Source: Candidatus Collierbacteria bacterium RIFOXYD2_FULL_45_13 | Lineage (GTDB): Bacteria; Patescibacteriota; Microgenomatia; UBA1400; MFAQ01 | Reading direction: 5' to 3' | Assembly (NCBI GenBank): GCA_001774685.1 | Contig: MFAS01000001.1 | Coordinates: forward strand, 705,485 to 769,484 | Length of the DNA stretch: 64,000 nucleotides | In this document: positions 20,171 through 29,142 of the stretch, in pieces | Numbering within the stretch: position 1 is the first letter of the stretch | Layout of the letters: each line of letters begins with the position of its first letter | Program-made: the position numbers and the translations under genes | Notes under the pieces: model-generated | The model's input: only the letters and a program-made list of their open reading frames with translations | What the model was told of the DNA's origin: nothing | Databases searched by the model: none

Positions 20171-21750
20171 TATTCTGAACCTGATAGAAACTTAGCGATT
20201 AAATCAGAATTTATCTCAAATTCTTTTCTGATTTCTTCCATAGTTCCACGCCTCGTGGGATGATTTATATGATATACTCCACAAGCTAGCACGGGTATTA
20301 TAAAGGCCCCAGCTGAAATCGCCTTTATTCCGATAAGAGAATCTTCCAGTCCATAACCGCTAAATTTATTATCAAAACCTCCAGTGGCGTAAAAAAGATT
20401 CTTTGGAATTGACAAATTGTGACCAACAACCATTGAAGGTAGATCAAAATTGCCGAGTCTTCTCCCAAAACCCAATGTCCTAAAGTAATTTGTTTCTGAC
20501 AGTATCGAAAAAATATCCCCTTGCGCTAAATAGTTGTTGGAGTAATATCCCATAGTGTCCTTATCAATGTACTTGGTAATTCTCAGGTCACTGCTATAGT
20601 TTGGCATCACAACACCGCGCTTAACTGCATCGTAAGATATTCTCACATCAGTTGGTTCAGCATTCTCTTTGAAACTTACAAGCAGGGCTTTATTAACAAG
20701 TTTGTGCCTCAGCAGATGCTCGTATAAATAATTTGGTGTTAGTACCACATCACCATCGATAAACAATAGAATATCATTTGAAGAAACTGCGGCACCGATG
20801 TTCCTCGTTTGTGAGATACCTGAATTTTTTTCTTTTCTAATAATAATGGGTTCATAGCGCAAATCATCCTGAACCTTTTTGATAATTTCCGAGACAGGTT
20901 CTTTTGATCCATCATCTACGACAATGACCTCAAATTTAATTACATCGGGAGTTTGTCGGTCTATTGATTTTAAAGTTTTGATTATAGATTCCCCTAGATT
21001 AAATGCCGGAATGATTATCGACACTGATGGCAAATCCGCGGTATAAATCTTGGGAGTCGGGGCAGAACCGAGCATTTTGTATCCGGTTATTTGTTCAAAA
21101 ACTGTAACAAGCTCACCGTAATCATTAGAAACGGCGCTTATTTGATGAAAATAGGAAGTGGTGGTAGACAAAGATAAGCTCAGATTCACCTGTTTGCAAA
21201 AATTAATAACCTTTTCATTCAATACTCCGAGATCATCGACTAAGCTTTCATCAACAATTTTACTGGTTCTATGGATAAGCTTATCTTTATCAATCTTATT
21301 CTTAAGTATTTTTTGAATTGTCTCTGATTTAAACTTAGCATCTTCGTGGCACAGAATTTCAAACTGATGTTCAGAAATCAGAGTATCACTAAGGTAAATA
21401 ACGCTAGCCTCTTGATCCTCCGGGAAAGAGAGCTGTATTACGTTACTGAGAGCAGCACTCTTTAATCCTGCACCAAAAAGCACATTTAATAACGTACCTA
21501 AAAATTTGGATTTAAATTTCGCTTCTCTCCAGGTTTCTGTGGTCTTCACCGAGATACGACGTCCCAAGAATAGGTTGTTTTCATCACACCTAAGTCTGAT
21601 TTCATTTTCGAAATACAATGTCAACACTCTCTTAACACGCGGAAACCCAAGTTCGTTAGACAAATCACGTATTAGTTGATTCACTTCAGCGTCATCTTGA
21701 AAAAGACAAATATTGTTAATTAAATCGGATTTTGACGCATCGTATCTCAT
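20170..21750 (-). CDS. family 2 glycosyltransferase with a 240-aa N-terminal domain of unknown function
   Basis: GT2 core (VSIIIPAFN...VIVVDDGS...FIDGDVV) in the C-terminal half; the N-terminal half has no recognisable motif. Confidence 0.7.
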   Translation of the reverse strand: MRYDASKSDLINNICLFQDDAEVNQLIRDLSNELGFPRVKRVLTLYFENEIRLRCDENNLFLGRRISVKTTETWREAKFKSKFLGTLLNVLFGAGLKSAALSNVIQLSFPEDQEASVIYLSDTLISEHQFEILCHEDAKFKSETIQKILKNKIDKDKLIHRTSKIVDESLVDDLGVLNEKVINFCKQVNLSLSLSTTTSYFHQISAVSNDYGELVTVFEQITGYKMLGSAPTPKIYTADLPSVSIIIPAFNLGESIIKTLKSIDRQTPDVIKFEVIVVDDGSKEPVSEIIKKVQDDLRYEPIIIRKEKNSGISQTRNIGAAVSSNDILLFIDGDVVLTPNYLYEHLLRHKLVNKALLVSFKENAEPTDVRISYDAVKRGVVMPNYSSDLRITKYIDKDTMGYYSNNYLAQGDIFSILSETNYFRTLGFGRRLGNFDLPSMVVGHNLSIPKNLFYATGGFDNKFSGYGLEDSLIGIKAISAGAFIIPVLACGVYHINHPTRRGTMEEIRKEFEINSDLIAKFLSGSE

Positions 21751-21758
21751 ATTTGTAA

Positions 21759-22268
21759 TTATTTAATATTTCTGTCCAGACCAAAAAGGTTTTTGTATTG
21801 GACGAGATCTAATTCCAAAAATTGATATTTTTTTGGATCAAAAAACATTTCAGGGTAAAAGTTTGAACTATCCCGCAATTCCTCTTCAGTTTTTAGTATA
21901 CATTTTTTAATTTTTTCATATCCTGTATATTCTTTCTGAACTATTTCAATTTCATTAAATTTCATTTCCGTTTCACATTCAAAAAAGAACTCAAAGTTTC
22001 TATCAAATGGGGATACGGTTTCTTTTACAAATCTCAATTCTTTGGCTACAAAATTCTTTATGTTTAATTCTTCACCAATTTCCCTGTCTAGTGTTGCAAT
22101 CAAGGATTCGTTGGATTTTGCGTGACCTCCAGGGAAAAGTAGATAATCATTTCTTGAGGCGTTCATCTGCTCAATAACTAAATATTTTTCATCAAACTTG
22201 AACACGGCTCTGACAACCACAACAATTTTTTCGTTATTCATATTAGTTTGAATACCATCTGTTAACAA
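21759..22268 (-). CDS. NUDIX hydrolase (C)
   Basis: Nudix box FPGGHAKSNESLIATLDREIGEELNI. Confidence 0.75.
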   Translation of the reverse strand: MLTDGIQTNMNNEKIVVVVRAVFKFDEKYLVIEQMNASRNDYLLFPGGHAKSNESLIATLDREIGEELNIKNFVAKELRFVKETVSPFDRNFEFFFECETEMKFNEIEIVQKEYTGYEKIKKCILKTEEELRDSSNFYPEMFFDPKKYQFLELDLVQYKNLFGLDRNIK

Positions 22269-22881
22269 AGGGGATAGAACCCTTAAGATTATCTAAATCC
22301 TGTTTTGGGATAAGTAAGTTCATAACTCTTTTTGTGTCATCCTTATCATCAGGAACATGGATAAGGTTAGAAGCGAATAAGTCAATACCAATTTGCTTTG
22401 TGGTCACAGGATCTAGGGTCCCGTTCTTCCACGCTTCGAGCGTTTGATCATCGATCGGATTACTGCTACCAAATCTTCCCCGAACTCCCTCGCCTGTTCT
22501 AACACTGCCCTTGAGTTTTTTTAATAAAATTGGTGCGTCCTTAGCCGCTACGAGCATGAGTCCAATCGGACCTGTTTGAAAATGCTCCTGAATATATTTT
22601 AAAAACTCCTCATGCTTCTGTTCAGGGTATAACTTCTTAACATCCTCAGGTTTAATACGGATTTCGGTAAATCCAAAAAATTCCACAGGTTTATCTGTCA
22701 TTTGTTCCAACTCTCGCTGGATAAAATCCCTAATGGGCAAATCAAGAAGCGAGTTGGTGGAATCAGGTTTAAAGAGAACCATGCCAATCCCATTTTTTTC
22801 TTCCTCGGGAGTTAATATGTCTTCGTAAAAATCTCCCATTTCACTAAATCTATTTTGAACATAATCTGGAGTTATTTCCAT
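22243..22881 (-). CDS. nucleoside diphosphate kinase-like protein (divergent)
   Basis: An MVLFKPDS region corresponds to the IKPD motif, and NLIHVPDD corresponds to the NxxHGSDS active-site His motif. At 212 aa it is longer than canonical NDK. Confidence 0.5.
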   Translation of the reverse strand: MEITPDYVQNRFSEMGDFYEDILTPEEEKNGIGMVLFKPDSTNSLLDLPIRDFIQRELEQMTDKPVEFFGFTEIRIKPEDVKKLYPEQKHEEFLKYIQEHFQTGPIGLMLVAAKDAPILLKKLKGSVRTGEGVRGRFGSSNPIDDQTLEAWKNGTLDPVTTKQIGIDLFASNLIHVPDDKDDTKRVMNLLIPKQDLDNLKGSIPFVNRWYSN

Positions 22882-23750
22882 ATTTCCAATTGTTTTATAT
22901 AATCCACAACCGACTCGGGCGATCCTTGAATTGAGTAACAGGGGATTTTTTGAGCAACTTCTTTAACGGATTGTATTCTATGGTCACCATTCGCACGACT
23001 ATCAATTGAAGGCACAGCGATATTACCATCTTTAACTCTTCTGGAGATTGCTCTAATTTTTCTACCTAGTTCTTCATATAAATGCCACTCAAATTTTTCC
23101 GGTCTCCAAAGATCTGTCGACATCTCAGCACCATTTATTCCAAAACCGTAGACAAATAAAGCGATCGGAACAGGTTCAGAATTATTAGTTGCTGAATGGT
23201 AATAAGAGTCCTCTTGTTTGTCGGTGATCTGTCTCTTCCAATAGTCTTTATCTAGATAAATAAAGGGGATTCCTCCAAGTATTTCCATATTCCTCGCATT
23301 AACTAATGTCTTCTCATCGGAATAGAAAGACCCATCATTTGCGAGCAGTTTTGCAAGCCTTGTCTTACCCATCCCACTTGCACCTCCCCAAAAGATTACA
23401 GCCTTGCCTTTATAAACTGCCGTAGCGGAATGAATACAAAAAATGCCTTTCTCCTGTCTGACTCTTTCAAAAACCAACTCTATTAATGAGATTATCTCTT
23501 TTTCGCTTACTCCTTTTATGCCTATTTTAATCTTCGGATAATCTTTAAATTCAAAAAAAACTTCTTGATTCAAAAATTCTACGCTAGCCTCAATATTATT
23601 ATCAGTCGCAAGAGAGAATCCTGGAATATATTTACTTAAAAAATCATTATTTTGTATTGTCTCCGCCAATTCACCACTCTCAAAAATCACTCTTAGTGTT
23701 AATCCTGCTGAAGAAAGGTATAGCTCTTTATTCTTTGATGGCATTTTCAA
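22872..23750 (-). CDS. HPr kinase/phosphorylase C-terminal-domain-like P-loop protein
   Basis: IHSATAVYKGKAVIFWGGASGMGKTRLAKLL matches the HprK-type P-loop region (VLIxGxSGxGKSE). Confidence 0.55.
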   Translation of the reverse strand: MKMPSKNKELYLSSAGLTLRVIFESGELAETIQNNDFLSKYIPGFSLATDNNIEASVEFLNQEVFFEFKDYPKIKIGIKGVSEKEIISLIELVFERVRQEKGIFCIHSATAVYKGKAVIFWGGASGMGKTRLAKLLANDGSFYSDEKTLVNARNMEILGGIPFIYLDKDYWKRQITDKQEDSYYHSATNNSEPVPIALFVYGFGINGAEMSTDLWRPEKFEWHLYEELGRKIRAISRRVKDGNIAVPSIDSRANGDHRIQSVKEVAQKIPCYSIQGSPESVVDYIKQLEIWK

Positions 23751-24846
23751 AATAATTTTCTAAATTCATTGCTTTTATATCCCAATTCCAGGTTTCGGAT
23801 TTTTTTCTGGCCTCATCGCCAATAGTGTTACGGAGAGTTTCATCCAATAGTAATTTTTCAATCTCGGTCGCGAGCGATACGGCATCCCGCGGATTCGCAA
23901 GTAGACCATTGACACCATGGTCTACAAATTCAGGCATGCTACAACTATTTGTTGTAACGGTTGGTATACCACAAGCCGCAGCTTCAAGCATCGTCGTTAG
24001 CACACCCTCACGATCAAATGATGGGGCAGAAAAAACTTTCGATCTGTTGTACAAGGAGAGTACATCTTCTTGGGGGACATAACCAATAAATTCGATATTG
24101 TCTGAAAGTTCTAGTCTATCAACCAGCTCTACCAACGACTCTTTCTGATTACCTTTTCCGGCAATCACCACTTTTGGATTTAGTCCTTTGTTAACTAAAA
24201 TTTTAACAGCATCGACAAGATAGTTAACACCTTTTACTGGAACCAGTCTGCCAAAATACAAAATATCTATGTCTTTGGTAACTTGTATTGGATGATAGTT
24301 TGTCGTATCTATCCCATTTGTGAAGGGTATATATTCAATTCCGCCAACCATTTCTGACCATTTCTGTCCAATATATTTTGATACTGAAATATATTTTACA
24401 TTTGGAAATGAGAACCAGATTTTGTCGTAATACTCTGCTTCAGCAGGAACACCGTGCAGAAACATTACTGCGGGGAACTTAATATTTGCAGCCAAAATAT
24501 CCACGTTGTAATGGACATTAAGTACGTCATAAATATTTTTATCGAAATAATTTTGAGCTAATCTTCCCATGTGAATAGCTTCGTAGTCCCATCTCAGCTG
24601 ATTTGTTCCGGGTTTTTCCTCATATATCCATCTGAGGGATGTGGGTAATTCAAGATAGATGACTTCAACGCTTGGATTCACTGAGAGATACTTGTCAAAA
24701 TATTCTGAGTTACCATCGGGATGGCGGGAAGTAACGACCGTTACCTTATGTCCATGTAAAGCAAAATTTCTAGCCATTTCCAGTGGAACCACCTCCCCAC
24801 CCCCAACATAATAACTTACCCTAGGCTGATAAATGGCTATTTTCAT
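23728..24846 (-). CDS. family 4 (GT-B) glycosyltransferase
   Basis: 372 aa with the C-terminal EGVLTTMLEAAACGIPTVTT motif (E-x7-E region) typical of GT4. Confidence 0.8.
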   Translation of the reverse strand: MKIAIYQPRVSYYVGGGEVVPLEMARNFALHGHKVTVVTSRHPDGNSEYFDKYLSVNPSVEVIYLELPTSLRWIYEEKPGTNQLRWDYEAIHMGRLAQNYFDKNIYDVLNVHYNVDILAANIKFPAVMFLHGVPAEAEYYDKIWFSFPNVKYISVSKYIGQKWSEMVGGIEYIPFTNGIDTTNYHPIQVTKDIDILYFGRLVPVKGVNYLVDAVKILVNKGLNPKVVIAGKGNQKESLVELVDRLELSDNIEFIGYVPQEDVLSLYNRSKVFSAPSFDREGVLTTMLEAAACGIPTVTTNSCSMPEFVDHGVNGLLANPRDAVSLATEIEKLLLDETLRNTIGDEARKKSETWNWDIKAMNLENYFENAIKE

Positions 24847-25334
24847 ATCAAATTATCTTTTAGAGTCATAATCTGTGCTTTTCCTGTCGGGCTGTTTGCC
24901 CAGCTTATATATTGGTCAAACTCGTCAATATCTATTAGTTTACGTTCGAAAATCTCGTCGTCGGGAATAAATTCCGGTAAATCACTCAATATTACTAAAA
25001 ATCTTAATTGTGAACTTGATTTACCCTCAACCCCTTCATTCTGAGGATCCGAAACTTTCATCCAACCTATCAATTTAGACTTATACCTCTCTTTGATTTC
25101 AGCTTCCTCGTCAAGTTCTCTTGCAAGAGCTTCTTCTACACTCTCTCCCTCCTCTGGGTGACCTCCTGGAATTGCCCACCCTCTCTTATTTCTCACAATA
25201 ATCAGCTTCCCTTTATATATACAGTAAGCACTCACCTGGCTGACTTTTAATGTGGGGTCAGGATTTCCTGAAAACCAGCTAATAGTAATATTACGATCAT
25301 CAAAATTGACTACCTCAGTTGCTAATGGTTCCAT
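24843..25334 (-). CDS. NUDIX hydrolase (D)
   Basis: Nudix box IPGGHPEEGESVEEALARELDEEAEI. Confidence 0.8.
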   Translation of the reverse strand: MEPLATEVVNFDDRNITISWFSGNPDPTLKVSQVSAYCIYKGKLIIVRNKRGWAIPGGHPEEGESVEEALARELDEEAEIKERYKSKLIGWMKVSDPQNEGVEGKSSSQLRFLVILSDLPEFIPDDEIFERKLIDIDEFDQYISWANSPTGKAQIMTLKDNLI

Positions 25335-25336
25335 TA

Positions 25337-26050
25337 TTATTTGTTACTAAGATTGTTAAATGATTCCAATAATACTATCTTAAAACCTCCGACAAAATTG
25401 GCCATTGCCTTTTGTGAAAACCAACCTAAGGGTAGAAAAATCACGCGAAATACTTCATAAAACAGTTTTGATCTCTTTGGTAGTGGAATATATCCCTCCT
25501 TCAAGATTTTAAAACCGGCAATCGTAAATAATTTATTTAACTGCTTTTCATTATAGTGATGAATATGACCATATCTCTCCTCGCTTTCCTTCCACGGGTC
25601 TCTAATGCCGAGTTTTCGGATAATTTGATTATCTAGAAAAGAATCTTCCATCGGAACTTTAATACAAACCAGCTTACCCAATTCACCCATGCGTTTTAAC
25701 AAACCCAAGTCATCTTCTACGTGTTCAATGATATCAATGCCTGTAACTAAGTCAAAATTTGCCTTAGGGGAGTACTTATATATATCCTCGCAAATCCACT
25801 CAATTTCATGGTCCGTATCATTCTCCTTCGCCACTTTTATCATATCTTTGGAAATATCAATTCCTACAGCCATATCTGGCTTTAGTTTTGCATTGAATTC
25901 CATGGTAATACCACCTGCACCACAAGCTACATCCAGAAGTGAGTCTATTTTTAGTGAACCTAAAAAATTTAAGACTTGCTTAGCTTTTAACTGAGCTTGT
26001 TCCAGATGAAGTCCCGGATTTTTTAAAATATATTCTTTTTGATAATCCAT
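25337..26050 (-). CDS. class I SAM-dependent methyltransferase
   Basis: Motif I LLDVACGAGGIT. It is the first gene of the overlapping operon. Confidence 0.8.
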   Translation of the reverse strand: MDYQKEYILKNPGLHLEQAQLKAKQVLNFLGSLKIDSLLDVACGAGGITMEFNAKLKPDMAVGIDISKDMIKVAKENDTDHEIEWICEDIYKYSPKANFDLVTGIDIIEHVEDDLGLLKRMGELGKLVCIKVPMEDSFLDNQIIRKLGIRDPWKESEERYGHIHHYNEKQLNKLFTIAGFKILKEGYIPLPKRSKLFYEVFRVIFLPLGWFSQKAMANFVGGFKIVLLESFNNLSNK

Positions 26051-26216
26051 GATTATTATTTTAAACTAATCCCTACCATATTACTTAACATTCGGGATTC
26101 ATTTAAACATATTGCGTCATCACATCATAATATATATTTGTAAGTCAAGGGGTAGAGTCGTGTTGGTTTAGTATTATTCGGGTATTTTAGGGTGATTTGG
26201 CGTATAATAGACAGTC

Positions 26217-29141
26217 ATGTCCGGCACCTCACCCTCCACTCATTTGATAATCAAGGGAGCACGTCAGCATAACCTCAAGAACGTCAATCTGACACTGCCC
26301 AAGAACAAACTGGTTGTCTTCACCGGTGTCTCCGGTAGCGGTAAGTCCAGTATGGCCCACGATACCATCTACGCCGAAGGTCAGCGCCGATATGTCGAAT
26401 CTCTTTCTTCTTATGCACGGCAATTCCTAGGAGTTATGGACAAGCCGGATGTGGACCAGATCGAGGGTCTTTCGCCGGCCATTCTTATAGACCAGAAGCA
26501 GGGGAGTCACAATCCACGTAGTACCGTCGGTACCGTCACCGAGATCTATGATTATCTCCGTCTCCTCTTCGCCCGTATTGGGCACCCACATTGCCCCCAA
26601 TGTGGTCGTGAGATCATGCCTCAGGACATTAACCAGATCTATAAAGCCGTCGTTGATCTGGCAGTCGGCCACCCCAGCCATCAAAAACAAAAAGGGGTGC
26701 GCTTGCTGATACTGGCGCCAATTGTCAAAAATCAAAAGGGGGAGTTCAAGGAACTTTTCCCCGGCTTGGTCAAGCAGGGGATTGCCGAAGTCAGAGTTGA
26801 CCGCAAAATCCTCTCCACCCAATCCACTCTATCTCTTTTCAAAAATAACCGCCACAATGTCGAGGCCGTTATTGATAAACTCGTGATCGGCCAAGTGGGG
26901 GGCAGTCCTGAGTACGAAAAACAAAGATTGGTCGATTCCTTGGAACAAGCACTCAAAATCTCGGATGGCGAGGTTTATGTCAGCATTGTTATCGATCCTT
27001 CTCTTTCCTTTCCCACCGATCCTGAGGATATGGAGGATCATTTGTTCTCTCAAAAGCTCGCTTGTCCTGTTGATAATATTTCTATACCCGAAATCGAACC
27101 TCGCTATTTCTCTTTCAATGCCCCCGAAGGTGCCTGTCCCGAATGTACCGGTCTCGGTACTAAGATGGTTCTGGACGCCGACTCGGTTATCTCACCCTCG
27201 CTCAGTTTTCTTGAAGGCGCCGTCATACCCCTTGCTTCACAATTCGAAACCAGAACCTGGTTGGCGAAATTAATTCTTGAAGCCATGGAATCGGTTGGCT
27301 TTCCCGGAAACAAACCGCTCCTAGACATGACGGAAGACCAGAAGCGAGTCTTATTCACCGGAACCGGAGAAAAAACTTTTTCCATCAAAGGAATAAACAG
27401 ACATGGCAAGCACGTCGTGAGAAAAATGACCTTCGACGGACTCTCTAAAGAATTCGAAAGACGTTACGAAGAATCCAGCTCGGATTCATTTAAGGAAGAA
27501 ATTTCAAAATATCTAATCCGTAAAACCTGCCCGGTCTGTCTCGGCACCCGTCTCAAGCCGGAAGTCTTAGCCGTTCATGTAGACAACCAATCTATTAGTG
27601 AAGTCACTTCTTGGTCGACAGCTAAGTCATTTGCTTTCTTCGACAAACTATTTAAGAAATTAACTCTCACCGAACAGCAAATCAGTGAACCAATTGTCAA
27701 GGAAATAAAGGACAGACTTAGTTTTCTAATGTCGGTCGGTCTTGATTACATCACTCTGGCACGAGAATCCGGTACGCTATCCGGTGGGGAGTTACAAAGA
27801 ATCCGTCTGGCAAGCCAAATCGGTTCCCGACTAACCGGCATACTCTATGTTTTGGATGAGCCCACCATTGGCTTACACCAGCGCGACAACGCCAAACTTA
27901 TCAAAACTCTTCAAGATCTGGTTTCGCTCGGTAACTCGTTGGTCGTTGTGGAACACGATCAGCAAACCATGGAAAGTGCCGACCACATCGTAGAGTTCGG
28001 TCCAAAAGCCGGTTATCTCGGGGGAAAAATTACTTTCGAAGGAACGGTCGACGAAATGAAGTCCTCTGATTGTTTGACCGGCCAATATCTCTCCGGCAAG
28101 AAATCTGTCGTCGCCATCAAGCCCAAAGAGTCCGCAGAAAGCCCGGCATCTATTCGATTAACCGGCTGTACACACCATAATCTAAAAAACATTGATGTCG
28201 ATTTCCCGCTGAATAAATTTGTTGCCGTCACCGGGGTTTCCGGATCCGGAAAATCCTCACTGGTTGTGGACTCTCTCTATGAGGCTCTCTCACAAAAATT
28301 AAACCCCCAGCATCACAAAGAGGATATCAAGTTTGGGACTATCACTATCCCTGATATCGTCAGAAGAGTATCTTTAATTGACCAAAGTCCAATCGGGAAA
28401 ACTCCTAGAAGTAATCCGGCAACTTACACCAAAGTCTTTGACTATATCCGCCAACTGTTTGCGAACACCCAAGAGGCAAGATACCGTGGATACGGACCAG
28501 GTCGCTTTAGTTTTAACGTCAAAGGGGGACGCTGCGAAACCTGTGAAGGTGACGGTCAAATCAAAATAGAGATGCAGTTCCTGGGGGACATTTATATTAC
28601 CTGCGAAACCTGCAAAGGCACTCGTTTTAATGATCCAACTCTTGAAGTCGAATACAAAGGTAAAAACATTGCTCAAGTGTTGGACATGACAATGGATGAG
28701 GCCAGCGACTTTTTTAGAAATGTACCGGCTATCAGCAAAAAAATAGAGACAATTAAGAAGGTAGGGCTCGGCTATATCAAGCTTGGACAAAGTGCACCTA
28801 CCCTGTCGGGGGGAGAGGCCCAACGTGTCAAACTGGCCACAGAGCTGGCCAAAACCGGCAGTGGCCATACAGTTTATATTCTCGACGAACCAACTACCGG
28901 TCTGCATTTTGAAGATCTTAGTAAGTTAGTACAAACATTAGTTGATCTAGTGAATCAAAACAATACCGTTATTGTCATAGAACACAATCTAGACGTTATC
29001 AAGAATGCCGACTATATTATTGACATTGGGCCTGAAGGAGGGGACTCGGGTGGTGAGCTCATTGCCAGTGGATCGCCATCAAAAGTTTCCGGCCGGTTTG
29101 ACACACCTACGGCCCAAGAGTTAAAAAAGCTATTATTCTAA
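26217..29141 (+). CDS. uvrA: excinuclease ABC subunit A
   Basis: 974 aa with two ABC ATPase modules (GVSGSGKSS at each Walker A), LSGGE signatures and zinc-finger cysteines. Confidence 0.95.
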   Translation: MSGTSPSTHLIIKGARQHNLKNVNLTLPKNKLVVFTGVSGSGKSSMAHDTIYAEGQRRYVESLSSYARQFLGVMDKPDVDQIEGLSPAILIDQKQGSHNPRSTVGTVTEIYDYLRLLFARIGHPHCPQCGREIMPQDINQIYKAVVDLAVGHPSHQKQKGVRLLILAPIVKNQKGEFKELFPGLVKQGIAEVRVDRKILSTQSTLSLFKNNRHNVEAVIDKLVIGQVGGSPEYEKQRLVDSLEQALKISDGEVYVSIVIDPSLSFPTDPEDMEDHLFSQKLACPVDNISIPEIEPRYFSFNAPEGACPECTGLGTKMVLDADSVISPSLSFLEGAVIPLASQFETRTWLAKLILEAMESVGFPGNKPLLDMTEDQKRVLFTGTGEKTFSIKGINRHGKHVVRKMTFDGLSKEFERRYEESSSDSFKEEISKYLIRKTCPVCLGTRLKPEVLAVHVDNQSISEVTSWSTAKSFAFFDKLFKKLTLTEQQISEPIVKEIKDRLSFLMSVGLDYITLARESGTLSGGELQRIRLASQIGSRLTGILYVLDEPTIGLHQRDNAKLIKTLQDLVSLGNSLVVVEHDQQTMESADHIVEFGPKAGYLGGKITFEGTVDEMKSSDCLTGQYLSGKKSVVAIKPKESAESPASIRLTGCTHHNLKNIDVDFPLNKFVAVTGVSGSGKSSLVVDSLYEALSQKLNPQHHKEDIKFGTITIPDIVRRVSLIDQSPIGKTPRSNPATYTKVFDYIRQLFANTQEARYRGYGPGRFSFNVKGGRCETCEGDGQIKIEMQFLGDIYITCETCKGTRFNDPTLEVEYKGKNIAQVLDMTMDEASDFFRNVPAISKKIETIKKVGLGYIKLGQSAPTLSGGEAQRVKLATELAKTGSGHTVYILDEPTTGLHFEDLSKLVQTLVDLVNQNNTVIVIEHNLDVIKNADYIIDIGPEGGDSGGELIASGSPSKVSGRFDTPTAQELKKLLF

Positions 29142-29142
29142 A

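Noticed and set aside
26229-28907. Reverse-strand ORFs inside uvrA (26229-26423, 26427-26822, 28374-28907 and others).
   Set aside because: They are antisense to a highly conserved gene and are typical GC-frame artefacts.
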